NCBI RefSeq assembly: GCF_009914755.1
Contig: NC_060925.1
Strand: one strand, 5' to 3'
Source of the DNA: the human T2T-CHM13v2.0 reference genome, Homo sapiens
DNA length: 64,000 nt
This document shows, piece after piece, positions 21,560 to 45,870 of the stretch (position 1 is the stretch's first letter; each line of letters opens with the position of its first letter). Under the pieces are notes generated by a model. The model did no database searches, was not told the origin of the DNA, and saw only the letters and a program-made list of their open reading frames with translations. Made by a program: the position numbers and the translations under genes.

Positions 21560-23971
21560 AACTTACCGTGCTTGTGTCCATTCATGTAGAGTTTTCTGTG
21601 ACTAACATTCAAACTCACATTTAGGTGATTGAGGCTGATAGCTGAGTGCTGGGGAAAATCTTAGCTTTCCCAACAATTCAGGCCCAGGAAATTCTGAAGC
21701 AAGTACATCTCAAATTTCAACCACATCATTACTAAAACAAGAGAAATGGAATTTCCTGTCTCTCTCTTTTGGGGATATATCCACAGAAGGGAATCTGCCC
21801 TTGTTCAAAAGCATAGACTTCCTTTACAGGTAGTCACTCATTCTCCATTTTCCATTCCATGTTAGGGATATGTTGGAACTGCACCTGCAATAAGCCAGCA
21901 CTAAATATAAACTTGAAAATGAGTATATAAGGCAATTGAGTTACGGAGTTTAAATTGTGTGTATGTGTATGTATGTGCACACACACGTTTGCTTTCTTGG
22001 TGTGTCATTAGACACCAGTTCCTTATTTCCTGGATCAGATTGTCTTTCAGTCTGTAATTTTGGTAGTAAGTCAAAGATAAAAACCTTTGCTACAAAATGC
22101 TACCTGGTAGCGAGTACTTGGGTACTTTTGATATTGCCAATGGGATTATGAGATTTCATAAATAAGCCTCTCTCAAAGCTTTGTGACTCATAATTCTCTG
22201 AAATATGTCTGAAGCAAGGAAATAGTTTAGAACTCCTTTTCTAAATTAGTAAAGTCTTCAAAAAATAATATGATCTATAACTGTATTGAATACCAAGTCA
22301 TATTAATGCACAATTATTTGTTCTAATAACATAGTTATGTTACGGTTAGCTGCTAACCTATTATACCATAAATTTGCTATGCCTTTTTTTAAACTAGCTC
22401 TGTGAAGAGGGGCACTCGTTCAAGAAACGGTTACTAACTCATTCATTCAAAGTCAAGAAACAGGCTCTGGATTTAGGCACTTGGGTGTAAAGAAAATAAG
22501 ACTTGATTCCTGCTCTAAAAATATATAAATAAATAAATAGTTTAGTTTCTAGTAAGAGGACATGGGGGTATAATGTAAGAAAAAGTTCAAAATATAGTAT
22601 TACAAAAACTTTGTAACTTAGAGCTGGATGGGAATTTAGAGATTATTTCGTTTTCTCTCTTCAAATTCCAAAGAAGGGCTCTGATGCCCAGAGGAATTAA
22701 GAGCTTGCCCAAGATCCCACAGCTAATTTGTGGGCTAGGATTCAATATCTGTAGCCCACAATAATACCACTTTGGTATTATTTCTACCACACAACACACT
22801 TTATTTTTCTCACAAACCTGCGATCAAATACATTTACAGGTAGTTTGCAGTATAAAGAAGTATTATATGATAGAGTCAAAGACAGCACAAATTCCCAAGA
22901 CACTGTTTTCTTTTTCTTCAAATATGAAACTGTTAAGTGTTATTTTCAAAAAACTTCCTCAGAAGTTCACAAATTTATAATTGAAAATTTCTTTTCCCAG
23001 CTTTGAGGTCTTAAAATCTTCTTAAACTGCTAAACATTAAAATCTACTCAGTTTCACATCACATCTGCAAGTAGATAACTAACTAGGAAGGCATTTTGCT
23101 TATGTAATAACCACCCAGAGAATTTCAGGACATATTGTGTTTTCATAGCATGCTCTTTTGTGAACCACACATCTACCAGTCTGTTTGCTGTGGGACTCTT
23201 TGTACTAGTGCCTCATCATTCAACAAACAAAAATTGAAAAAGAATTGCTGACATTGATATAGCACTTACAACATGCTAGATGCTATGCTAAGTGCTTTAA
23301 GTACGCATTAACACATTTAATTCTATGAGATATGTCTTCTTATCTTTATTTTACACGTAAGGAATCTAATGTAGAATCCTTAACCTGGATGTGCTACCAT
23401 TGTAGAAGAAACCAAAGGAGAAAGTAACACACTACACTATTGTTTGTATGGGAGCCCAGAAGGACAGCTTGTCAGGAAGAGGTTAGAGAAAACTTCTTAG
23501 GGCAAGTAATAGTCTGTGACTGCTTCAGAATTTCTGTGGAGGAGTTTTATTAGCTGCAATCTAGTTGAAAGTTAGGCCAAGGGACTTATCTTGAAGATGC
23601 ACTTGTATAGCGAGTACTTTGCTTTTACTTAGTATGTTGCAGATAATAAAAATACAAATCTTTTTAAAGATGCTTTTTGTACATAGTTTACATGAGATTG
23701 CAAAACTCCATCCATACGAAATATTTTTTTAAATTTTGATTTGGGTTGCTTAGGGAGGACTAATGAGATTTATGGAAAGGGTTTAAAGCCCCCATTATAC
23801 CATGTTTTGGTGAAACCAGGTAACATCTGATGCTGGCCCAAGGATGAATAAGAATTTGCTTGGTGACAGGGCAGTCTAGATATGGCACTACATTAAGGAA
23901 TAGTGACCAGGGTGGGTACTGAGTATAGGTAGAAGAATAGTAGGAGATAGGGCTAAAGAGTTGAGCTGGTG

Positions 23972-28219
<4,248 letters not shown>

Positions 28220-28851
28220 CCTGATGCTGTATTTTCATAACACCATCCCAATCAATTAAACATTGAATTTCCAAATCAGGGATATACTAGGAAAAACAAT
28301 CTTTTTATTCAGAGACATGACATTTTTCCAGATAAGGGCTGTCATGAATATAGACTGTACTGAAGTTTACCTCTTTTCTTTCAATTCCATGCTTAATTTT
28401 AGCCTGGCAAATGAGCTGAGTTAAAAAAAAATGCAACTGAAATATACCTGCATTTAAACAATTACATGCTTAAGAAAGAAAATGTCTAATACTCCACAAA
28501 ATTATTCTTTTACTTACATCCATGCAGCTCTCAAAAATATAATCTAGTCAACTGGGGAGATGAAATATATACATACATATATATGTGTGTATATATACAT
28601 GCACAATCTACTTTGTTAAATAAGCAGGAGACCATTGGTCTGAGGTTGTCTCCATAATCTGAGTTTCTACTTAAGAAACTGCAACTTAACTTAGTACATA
28701 ACAAACTGAAAACTAATTTAAGAGTATAATAAACAACTGAGTCTCAGCCAATCCTAAACAGCTGAGCTTCTGCTATCACAGGCTACCAACTGATCAGACC
28801 ATGTCCAAATAAGGCAGACTCACAGCTGTAACCAATCAAGCTATTTCTGCA

Positions 28852-31503
<2,652 letters not shown>

Positions 31504-31978
31504 CTATAAATATTCACTGCCCAAGTTGCAGATTGGAGCTCTCTGAGCCATTTCTGCTTCTGAGTACTGCCCAATTCATGAATCATTCTTTGCTCAGATA
31601 AACTGTGCTAAATTTAAATTGTCCAAAATTGTTCCTTTGGCGACTTTTAAGTTAAGAAAGTAAATAAAATATCTTTCTACAGTTTTCTGGTTTAAATTAT
31701 AGAGAAAATTCAAGAAATTTAGAAAATTCTAAATTCAAGAAATCAGAAAATAACATCAAATTGAATCAAATAGAAGAAAGGAATTATTATGGAACTTAGT
31801 GGAACTTAATTAGAAATCAGAAAAAGTAGAACTGATAAATCTAAAAGCTGGTTCTTTTTGTTTTTGGTAGAGACGGAGGTGACCAGGCAGCTCTCAAATT
31901 CCTGACCTTAAGGGATTAGCCTGCCTTGGCCTCTCAGAGTGCTGGGATTACAGGTATGAGCCATTGCACCCTCCCTAA

Positions 31979-32272
<294 letters not shown>

Positions 32273-33124
32273 TGAGCCACCACACCTGGCCAAGAGCTGA
32301 TTCTTAAAACAATCCACACACTAGCTTAATGGAGAGAAAAGCCTAAGTATACAATATTAGAGAGGACATATGGATATTAAGAAAATAAGTATTTGGCACA
32401 ACTACATACAAATATAGTTGAAAACCTGATTGAAATGGATGACTTCTAGGGAAATATGAATTACCAAATGGAGTAAAGAGAAAACTTACACAGATTATTA
32501 ACCTTGGAAGAAACTGAGAAAGTATTCAAAATAGTGCTAACTAGTGTCACTATGAAGTCATTTTAGAATATGGAGAAAGAAGAAAAGCCAACAGATGCGA
32601 TTTAAGAAGCTATCATAATATGTTCAGCACAATCTGACTAAAGATAGCATAAAAGAGAAATTTATAGAATAACATCACTTACGTTAACAAATGCAAAATT
32701 CCTAAAAGATAAAGTAGTATATTAAAATAATAATACATAGCAATTTATTTAAGAAACGCAAGGTGATTTTATGGGAAAACTACTCGTATAGTACACCCAT
32801 ATTAATAGGTCAAATAATAAAATATCACAATATATGACAAAATTTAACTTGAAACAACAAAATTAAAAGAGTACTATAAGAAAACACGAGTGGTATTTTA
32901 ATATAATCTTTCAGTGAGAATGCACATGAAACCCAGAAAAACACATGAAACTCAAATCATAAAATAGAAGACTGAAATTTGGCTGTTTAAAATTTAGAAC
33001 TAAGATATGCCTAAAATATCACAAACAGAATGAAAAGACAAAAGATAGATTGAGAAATGTTTGTTTTTTAACAAAAATTAAAATGCATGCAGTCGGAAAA
33101 AAATAAGATTTTAAACCAGACTCA

Positions 33125-33592
<468 letters not shown>

Positions 33593-34290
33593 TAGTAGAG
33601 ACGGGGTTTCACCGTGTTAGCCAAGATAGTCTTGCTCTCCTGACCTCGTGATCCGCCGGCCCCGGCCTCCCAAAGTGCTGGGATTACAGGCGTCAGCCAC
33701 CACCCCCGGCCACTAGCCCATGTTTTCACTTAGGAATTACAAATGAAAACAAGTTGGATGCTTTGCTGACAATATAAAAAATTATTGGAGATAATCACAG
33801 ACTCACCACCAATTGAAATGAAGTAGAAAAACAATTCCAAGTACTATTACACTATACAAGTTTAAATTATTGGTCAAGTCAGATAACTTGCTTAGAATTC
33901 AGTTTCACTTCTAATTTTCAATATCAAGCTAAAATTATGTGCAGATTACATTAAAACTCAACGCAAGAACTGTGTGTGGGATGATTGTGCTTTTCATAGT
34001 AAATGAGATAACATCTAAAAATTACCAAGGAGGAAAGGAAAACACGCTGGGGTGTCATATGTGGCACAAACGGCTGAGTTGGTTTAAATTACCCCAAGGA
34101 TTTATTTACAGCACATCAGCGTCATGCAGCTATTACTGCCATCACAGATTTAACACCTTTATCTGCTGCTTTTTAATTTTTTAATTTCCTTAGAAGTAGG
34201 AAAGAATTCAAAAGATCATTGTTTAGTTGATTCTCCCATAAATTTTTTCTTAAAAAATATTGATCATCTTAAAATTCAAACATAATATTA

Positions 34291-34473
<183 letters not shown>

Positions 34474-35012
34474 TCAGTAAACTGAGGCACAAGAATCGCG
34501 TGGTAGGCAGAGGTTGCAGTGAGCCAAGATTGCGCCATTGCGCTCCAGCCTGGGCAACAGAGTGAGACTCTGTCTCAAAAAAAAAAAAAAAAAGAAAAGA
34601 AATGAAATCTTCCTAGAAATAACAATTCAATCGATAGATTCTAAAGTTAGTAATACTACTAAGTGAAGAAAACATTACATATGTAAGAATTTTTAGAAAA
34701 AAATTAAGTTTTCCCAAGTACTTTTTTTGGAAAGATATAACTGGTTACCTGAGTCATCCATAGGAATGATGTTTATCTATGAAAATAATCTCATTTTCAT
34801 GTTTCAGTTCCCTTTATTTTTGTTACCAATAATATATCTTCATTAATTTTGATTGCCATAGTGAAAAGTTGAAGTGTGTATAGTTTCTTTGAATGATTTA
34901 CATACTAAAAACCTTGTAATAAGAAAAAAGGCTGGGCACTGGTGGCTCATGCCTATAATTCCAGCACTTTGGGAGGCCGAGGCGGGCAGAAAACTTGAGG
35001 TCAGGAGTTCTA

Positions 35013-35306
<294 letters not shown>

Positions 35307-35917
35307 TTAATATATAAATATCTCATATATCAATCAGAAGAATGCTAACAGCCCAATAGAAAAACTAGGCAAAAAATAGACAAAGTTAAGAAAAGAAGAA
35401 ATAGAAATGGCCAATAAAAATACAGTGAATGATAAAATAGTTTATATACTAGTTAATAAAGTACAAAACAAAACATGTTTGTCCATTTAATTGATAAGAA
35501 ACAAAATGATAAAACCTAATGTTGGATGGAGTGCAGTAAGATTGGCATTGAATTCATATATTACTAATGTAATAAATATATTGTAAATTGGTACAAACTT
35601 TCAGGAAAGCACTTTGGCAATAGGGATAAGGGCCTTAAAAATAAACCATGATTGTTAACTCGGTAAGCTCATTTTTAGAAATTTAATGAATAAGCTGAAA
35701 TTGCTAAGATTTATACATATATGTATATATAACATTCTAAAGGTTATGGAATATGGAAATTATTAAATATCACTTTATTTTGATATGTTGGGATATTAAG
35801 CTACTTTGATAAATATTATGTTTAATAAGAATATTTGATGGTATTGGGAATGCTCACAATCAAGTGAAGAAGTTTGATACTAATGTATACATGTAGCATA
35901 ATCTATGATAAAGACTG

Positions 35918-36247
35918 CTGTTATAATCTTACGTGTCAACTTGGCTAAGCTAAAGTACCCAAGGATTTAATCAAACACTAATCTAGGTGTTACTGTGAAG
36001 GTATTTTGTAGATGTGTTAAACCTAGAGAATCATTTGACTTTCAGTAAAAGAGATTCCCCTCAAGAATATAGCTGGGCTTCGTCCAATCAGTTGAAGGCC
36101 TTAAGCAAAAACTGAAGTTTCCTGGATATGAAGAAAATCTACTTCAAGACCAAAGCATCAACTCCTGCCTGACTTTCCAGGCTGCTGGCCTGCTCTACAA
36201 ACTTTAGACTTGCCACGACTCACAATTGTATGAGCCAATTCCTTAAA
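35918..36247 (+). mobile_element. MLT2-type LTR fragment
   Basis: tgt...gtgtcaacttggctaagctaaagtaccca...ctaggtgttactgtgaaggtattttgtagatg. Confidence 0.65.
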
Positions 36248-36539
36248 CTTTTTTTTTTTGAGACTAGCTCTGTTGCCCAGGCTAGAGTGCAGTGGCATGA
36301 TCATGGCTCACTGCAGCCTTGACCTCCCTGGGCTCAAGTGATCTCCCACTTCAGCCTCCTGAGTAGCTGAGACTACAGGCCTGCACCACCATATGCGGCT
36401 AATTTTTGTATTTTTTTGTAGAGACTAGATTTCACTACGTTGCCCAGGCTGGTCTCAAACTCCTGGGCTCAAGTGATCTTCCCACCGCAGCTTCCAAAGT
36501 GCTGGGATTACAGGCGTGAGCCACTGAGCCTGGCCTAAG

Positions 36540-36561
36540 TCTGTCTGTCTTTCTTTCTTTC

Positions 36562-36618
<57 letters not shown>

Positions 36619-36698
36619 TTTCTTTCATTCTCTCTTTCTTTCTCTGTCTCTGTCTCTCTCTCTTTCTTTCTCTCTCTCTCTCTCTTTCTTTTTTTTTT
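36540..36698. repeat. (CTTT)n/(CT)n polypyrimidine microsatellite derived from an Alu tail
   Basis: About 160 bp, almost all C/T on the + strand. Confidence 0.9.
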
Positions 36699-39600
36699 GA
36701 CAGGGTCTTGCTCTGTTGCCCAGGCTGGATGGAGTACAGTGTTGCAATCTTGGCTCACTGCAATCTCTGCCTCCTGGGTTCAAACGATCTCCCGCCTCAG
36801 CCTCCCAAGTAGCTGGGATTACAGGCATATACCACCACGCCCGGCTAATTTTTGTATTTTTAGTAGAGACAAAAAATGTTGTATTTTTGTACCAATTTAT
36901 AATGTATTTATTACATTAATAATATATGAGTTCAATGCCAATCTTACTGCACTCCATCCAACATTAGGTTTTATAATTTTGTTTCTTATCAATTAAATAG
37001 ATGAACATGTTTTATTTTGTACTTCTTTATGTCATGGGGTTTCACCATGTGGGCCAGGCTGGTCTCGAACTCCTGGCCTCAAGTGATGCACCCGCCTCAG
37101 CCTCCCAAAGTGCGTAAGCCACTGTGGCCTGGCCCTGGCCTAAATTTCTTAGTATGTATAAGGAAAAGTGTAGAGTGGTACTTCCTGAAATTTCCTTGAA
37201 GACATCTTCTCATCTTTCCTCTATCGAGCTGCCTGGAGCACAGACATGATAGCTGGAGTTCTGTCAGTGTTCATGAGGGTGACGGCCAGACCCCAGGGAT
37301 GGTGGAGTAGAAAGCTGAGAGGAGCCTAGGTCCCTCAATACCTCATGAAACTACTATAGCAACTCTAGATACCGATGTCTGGACTGCTGTTACATGAGGG
37401 AACAGAACTTTGTGTGTTTAAACTACTATCGATTTGGATTTTCTCTTACATGTAGCCAAACCTAGTCCTAACTGATAAAGTATATACGAATATATTACTA
37501 TCAAGAGTTAGTTCTGGGTTTTGGGAGTCAATCTTGTTATACTATTCTAAGAGTTTTTTTTTAGCAATAAACACGTAGTGATTACTCATAATAAAAACTT
37601 AATAAAAATTACTTAAAACAATGGGGTTATTTCTCCTAATGACTTTTATTATAATTGTAAATATTGTAATTGAAACATAAAGGGTGGATCTCATTGTGTC
37701 TTCAAAAGACACATGATAACTTTTACAATTAACATTAAATTTTGTAGCACACCAAACAAGTTAAGTGGGTTTATTGTTATTATTATTTATAGATAGGGTC
37801 TCTCTCTGTTGCCTAGACTGGAATATAGTGGTGCTATCATAGCTCACTGCAGCCTCCCCCTTCTGGGCCCAAGCCATCACCCTGCCTCAGCCTCACAAGC
37901 AGCTGCGACTACAGGCATGTGTCTCTGAGTCTGGCTAAAAATGGGTTTAAATTAAGAATTAGCTAGAAAAAAGACCCATTAGTTTTAATTTTTATTTTCA
38001 TCAAAGTTATATGTAAATATAGTTTAAAGAATCAGGCCATGCGCAGTGGCTTATGCCTATAATCCCAGCACTTTTGGAGGCTGAGCCAGGGGATCACTTG
38101 AGGTCAGGAGTTCGAGACAAGCCTGGGTAACATGGTGAAATCCTGTCTCTACAAAAATAGAAAAATTAGCCGGTATGGTAGCGCACGCCTGTGATCCGAG
38201 CTACTCAGGAGGCTGATGCACGAGAATCACTTGAACCTGTGAGGCGGAGGTTGCAGTGAACCAAGATTGCGCCACTGCACTCTAGCCTGGGCCACAGAGC
38301 GAGACTCTGTCTCAGAAAATAAGTAAATAAATAAATAAAATTAAATTTAAAAAAGAATCAAATTGCTCTGCAAGTCTTAGTGAGAAAGCAGACAAAAATG
38401 AGTCCCCCATCTGGCTCCATCCATCCCCAAATCCCACTTTCTACAACAACCACTTTCAAACCTCCCACCTATTTCTTCTTTGTTGCCATTTCTCTAAATA
38501 ACATGAATTCCCTATGACAGAATCTGTCACAACATGCTTTTCAGTTTTGGGCATTATGTATTGTCATCTCACTTTGGAAGATGAGAATTTGGTTTTCATT
38601 TCCTCACCTCCATGACCCAGCGTACTTGTATCATAATTTTAGTTATTCCAGAATTTAGAATTTACATTTTTATAATTATGAAAACTGCTAAGCCAGTAAG
38701 TAACAATGATTGCTTTTTCTTCCTTTCTTCTCTCTGGAGTTAGTAACTGTTCTTTTTGCCTGTTTTCTTAGCTTTCTATGTAAACATCATTTATTCACAC
38801 CTAAACTCTTCCTCAGTTATCTATGTATGTTCCAGTATGTTCAAACATACCAGGTATGCACTTCAATTTCTCTTACTGGAACTCTCTCTCCTGGAGCCTC
38901 CGAACCTGTTACAATCTGAATAGTTTATTCTTCAGGAGTACTGCAGTGCTGTCTTCCTGGATCTTCCTTCACTTTCAACATGAAGATTGCTTCATCTCTC
39001 TCCTTTTTAAGCTCCATTTCCTGTCTCACATCTTCCTCTTTGCTTTATATCTTGTTTTGTTGAAGTACTTCCTGCAATAGCGTTCTGAGGAGTGCATGGG
39101 TGGTACCATTCTTGAGAACTTGAAACTCAGAAAAGGCTGAGTACACTGGCTCATTCCTATAGTCCTGGCACTTCGGAAGTCCAAGGCGGGAGGATGGCTT
39201 GAGCCCAGGAGTTCGACACCAGCCTGGGCAATATAGTAAGACCTCTCTCTCTACAAAAAAAAAAAAAAAAAAAAAATTAAAAGAAAAAAGAAAATCAGAA
39301 AACCTATTTAACCCATACACATACAGGATAGCTTAACCATATATAAAGTTCTTAATCAGAAACAACTTGATTCTTTTTAAGTAGTCTGGAGAGTGTTAGG
39401 ATTTTCTCTTTGGCCTTAATGTTGTAAGGCAGTATAATCTTGTGCCTTAATGTGGGTATAGTTTCATCCATTGTGCTAAGCACTTGATGGGCCTTGTTAG
39501 TCTGCAAACTCATGTCCTTCAGTTCTGGGAAATTCTCTTAAATATTCCTTTGAGGATTTCTTCCCCCTCTATTTTCTCTGATCTGTCTTTTTGAAACTCC

Positions 39601-39991
39601 TGTTATTTAGGTATAGGACTGCTAATACCTTTTCTCTCCTATTAGTCTCTTTGTCTTTGTACTTTACTCCTTGGGACATTTCCTCAAATTTATCTCTCAG
39701 CCCTTCCATTCAAGTTCTCATTTTCATTACTGCTATTTTTAAATGTTTGTATTTTTAAATTTTAAGAGCTGTTGATTTTGTTCTTTGAAATTTTCCTTCT
39801 TAAGAGTATCTTCTTCTTGTTCCTTGGATGCAATGTTTTCCTTATCTATCTGAAGAAAGAGGTTTTTTTTTTTTTAAGTTTTAAACTTTCTGCACACTGT
39901 ATTTCTTCCAATTTGCTTTTTTCTATATGTTTGTTTCAGTCTATTTTAAATTAGAGGCATTCTTTGGCTGTTTGCTTATATTTAAGGGACT

Positions 39992-40860
39992 CAGTCTATT
40001 AAAATTCAGCTTGGATTAAGCTCTCAGTCACATCTGCCTGAACTGCAGCTATTTCAAACTGAAGGGGAAAGTGTATCACTGTAATCAAGCTGAGAAGTCT
40101 ATCAACCATGGCTCCTCATTTTCACCTCAGCAAAGAATCCCTTCTAGTGTCAAAACTCACATTTCTGAAACTATGGACTGATTGTATCTATTCTCTATTA
40201 CTCACACCAGAGCAGAAAGCACACATTAGGGCAAAATGAAACTTTACAAATATAATGAGATTGTTTCATATATTCACATCTTTCAATTCAGAGAAACCAT
40301 ACTGAAGAAAAACCTTACAAATGTAATGGGTGTAGCAAAGCCTTTAGTTTGTGTTCAAGCCTTCTAGTCACCACAGAATTCATACTTAAGAGAAACCTTA
40401 CAAATGCAATGAGTGTAGCAAACCCTTTATCAAGAGTTCAACCCTTAGTTGACATCAGAAAGACCATTCTAAAGGGAAATCATATAACTATAACATATGT
40501 GGGAGAGGCTTTTTCCAGGCCTCAGAACTCACCAGGCATCAAAATATACGTCTTTGATGAAACCACATAAATGTAATGTACATGCTAAAGCTTTGACCCA
40601 GGGACCGAAACTATGGATCACGAGAGGATTTATACTGGAGAGGAACCTCACAAATGTAATGAACGTATAAGATTTTGGGTCAAACATTCATGATTTTGGT
40701 GTCATGAGAGGATTTATATTGGAGAGAAATAAGACAAATACAGTATAGGCAGAAAAATCTTTAATCAAAGGTATCTTCTCAGGATTTACAAAAAAAATCA
40801 CACTGGAAAGAACACTTACAAATGTAATGATATGATAAATGTTAAAAGCAATTCTCACAA
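39992..40860 (+). pseudogene. Decayed KRAB-C2H2 zinc-finger gene fragment (spacer + degenerate fingers)
   Basis: With frameshifts it reads QSIKIQLGLSSQSHLPELQLFQTEG/KVYHCNQAEKSINHGSSFSPQQRIPSSVKTHIS, then HTEEKPYKCN (40298) and further linker-like repeats at ~40381, ~40631 and ~40801; many stops and indels. Confidence 0.8.
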
Positions 40861-42769
40861 TATACTCTACATCAGAACTAAGTCTCCAGTTCTCCAAGAT
40901 TTGAGGTTTCTTGAAAAGGCTACTTTACTATCTATAACTTTCCATCTGAACTTTGAAGTCTATTGATATTATGCCTTTCTTACTGGCCTTTCATGGTATC
41001 TCTGGGAAATAATCAATAGGATAAAAGGTGATGTCATTAGGTAATGTTTATTTCAATCCATGTTCTGGGAAGAACAAGGAAACTGCCTTTTGAAATTAAA
41101 TATTGTCTGAATTCGCATTTGTGAGGGGCAGAGAGTAATGTAAGACTGTGTTAGTCATCATGCTGATTGCATTCTGGAGACCCTTCTCCAGACAGAGGGC
41201 CACTGTGGGATATAGGAAAGGAATGCTTTACCAACTAACTGAAATAGAGCAGGCAAGGACCTTAGGAGGCTGGAATTTTTATGGGAGGACAGTAATATAT
41301 TACTATGGACTGATTATGGTAGAAATAATGCAGGGGAAATGGTGGCCACCCTCTCCATTCAATGGTGATAGCCATTGTATAGCAAAGATTGACCAAAAAA
41401 AAAAAAAAAAGTTCTTGAAATTGAAGACAGAACAGTCATCAGAAAGGAGGCTTTAATCAAAAGAACCAGAACAGCTTGTCTTGAATAGAAATCACATTTA
41501 ACTGCTAGTGTTACATTTTGCTTCTGTTTTATTCAGAATGTATCATAGCTCTCATGTTTTAATTAATAAAATTGAATCTTTTTTCATAGCTATGAATGAA
41601 TTCCATTCCTTTTACCAACAAAGTTTTATCACATCCCAGTAGGATACTTCATAACAGACATTAACAATGTACTATTAGGCTCTTAAGATTGAAGGATCTA
41701 TTTACTATAACAATTTTTTTTCTATTGTAGAATCAAACAACAATTTTGGGAACACATAATCATACTTTGCACTGGAGTTATTCTCTGCACTCTGCCCTAA
41801 GATACTTACGTAGGTATAATGAAAATTCCATAGAAATGGACTTTCAGACTGACACCCTAAAACATGTATCACAGTTGATGAATAGGAACCATATTATATT
41901 TCTACACGCCTTTTTTGTGCTATGTAAGACCCATGGCATGCACCTTGATTTACAAAAAGTGAAAATACAAATATATTAGGAATAGGAAAAAGACTATGAA
42001 ATGAAAGAAAATTTGCAAATAAAAAAATAACTGTCTCTTTTTTATGCTTATAGTGCTCTGTGAAATACTTTGAAAACATCAGTGTTGATGAATTTCCTCT
42101 TAGAATGAACGCATACAATGAGATTTTGTTTGTTTGTTGTGGTAGGTAAACTAGAAACTTTATATATTCACCCATAGCATTTTTGTTAATTTGTACTTAC
42201 AACCACTCCACTGAAACTGGGGTTGAACTCCACTTAAAGTTCGGTTTGGATGACAAGAATGATGATATCATACACTGGAGTGTTTTGAGAATGTTTATTG
42301 TAGAGTAGGGAAAGGTAACTGGCTTACGATATTATGGTGGTTACTGCGTGGGGCTGGATTGACAGTAGTTAGACAAGGTTTAAACTTCCAGCTGGTACCA
42401 AGGAAGAAAACACTCAGGCTTTATTATCAGCTTTCCCAGATGGGCAGAATAGGAAGAGGGAGTGATGAGGTATACAAGGTGTTAGCAGTCATACATCAAA
42501 AAATGGAGTCAGACTCTTTAGTACACCCTGAATTACTCTTTTTGAAACTCTTTATTTTTGGTTGGGAAAGACTCTAATTTTCTTTATGACAATCGCTTAC
42601 TGCATTCCTTTCCCTTCTGCACACATAGGTCCCACTGCACAATATGATTGCGAATATGTTTGTGAAATACTGTTTACAGAAAACGTCCACGATATTTTTA
42701 CACTAGTTCAATGAAAGTTGGTCTGTAGAAATGTTTTTTAGATAATAAATATATATGATTAAACAAATT

Positions 42770-45870
<3,101 letters not shown>

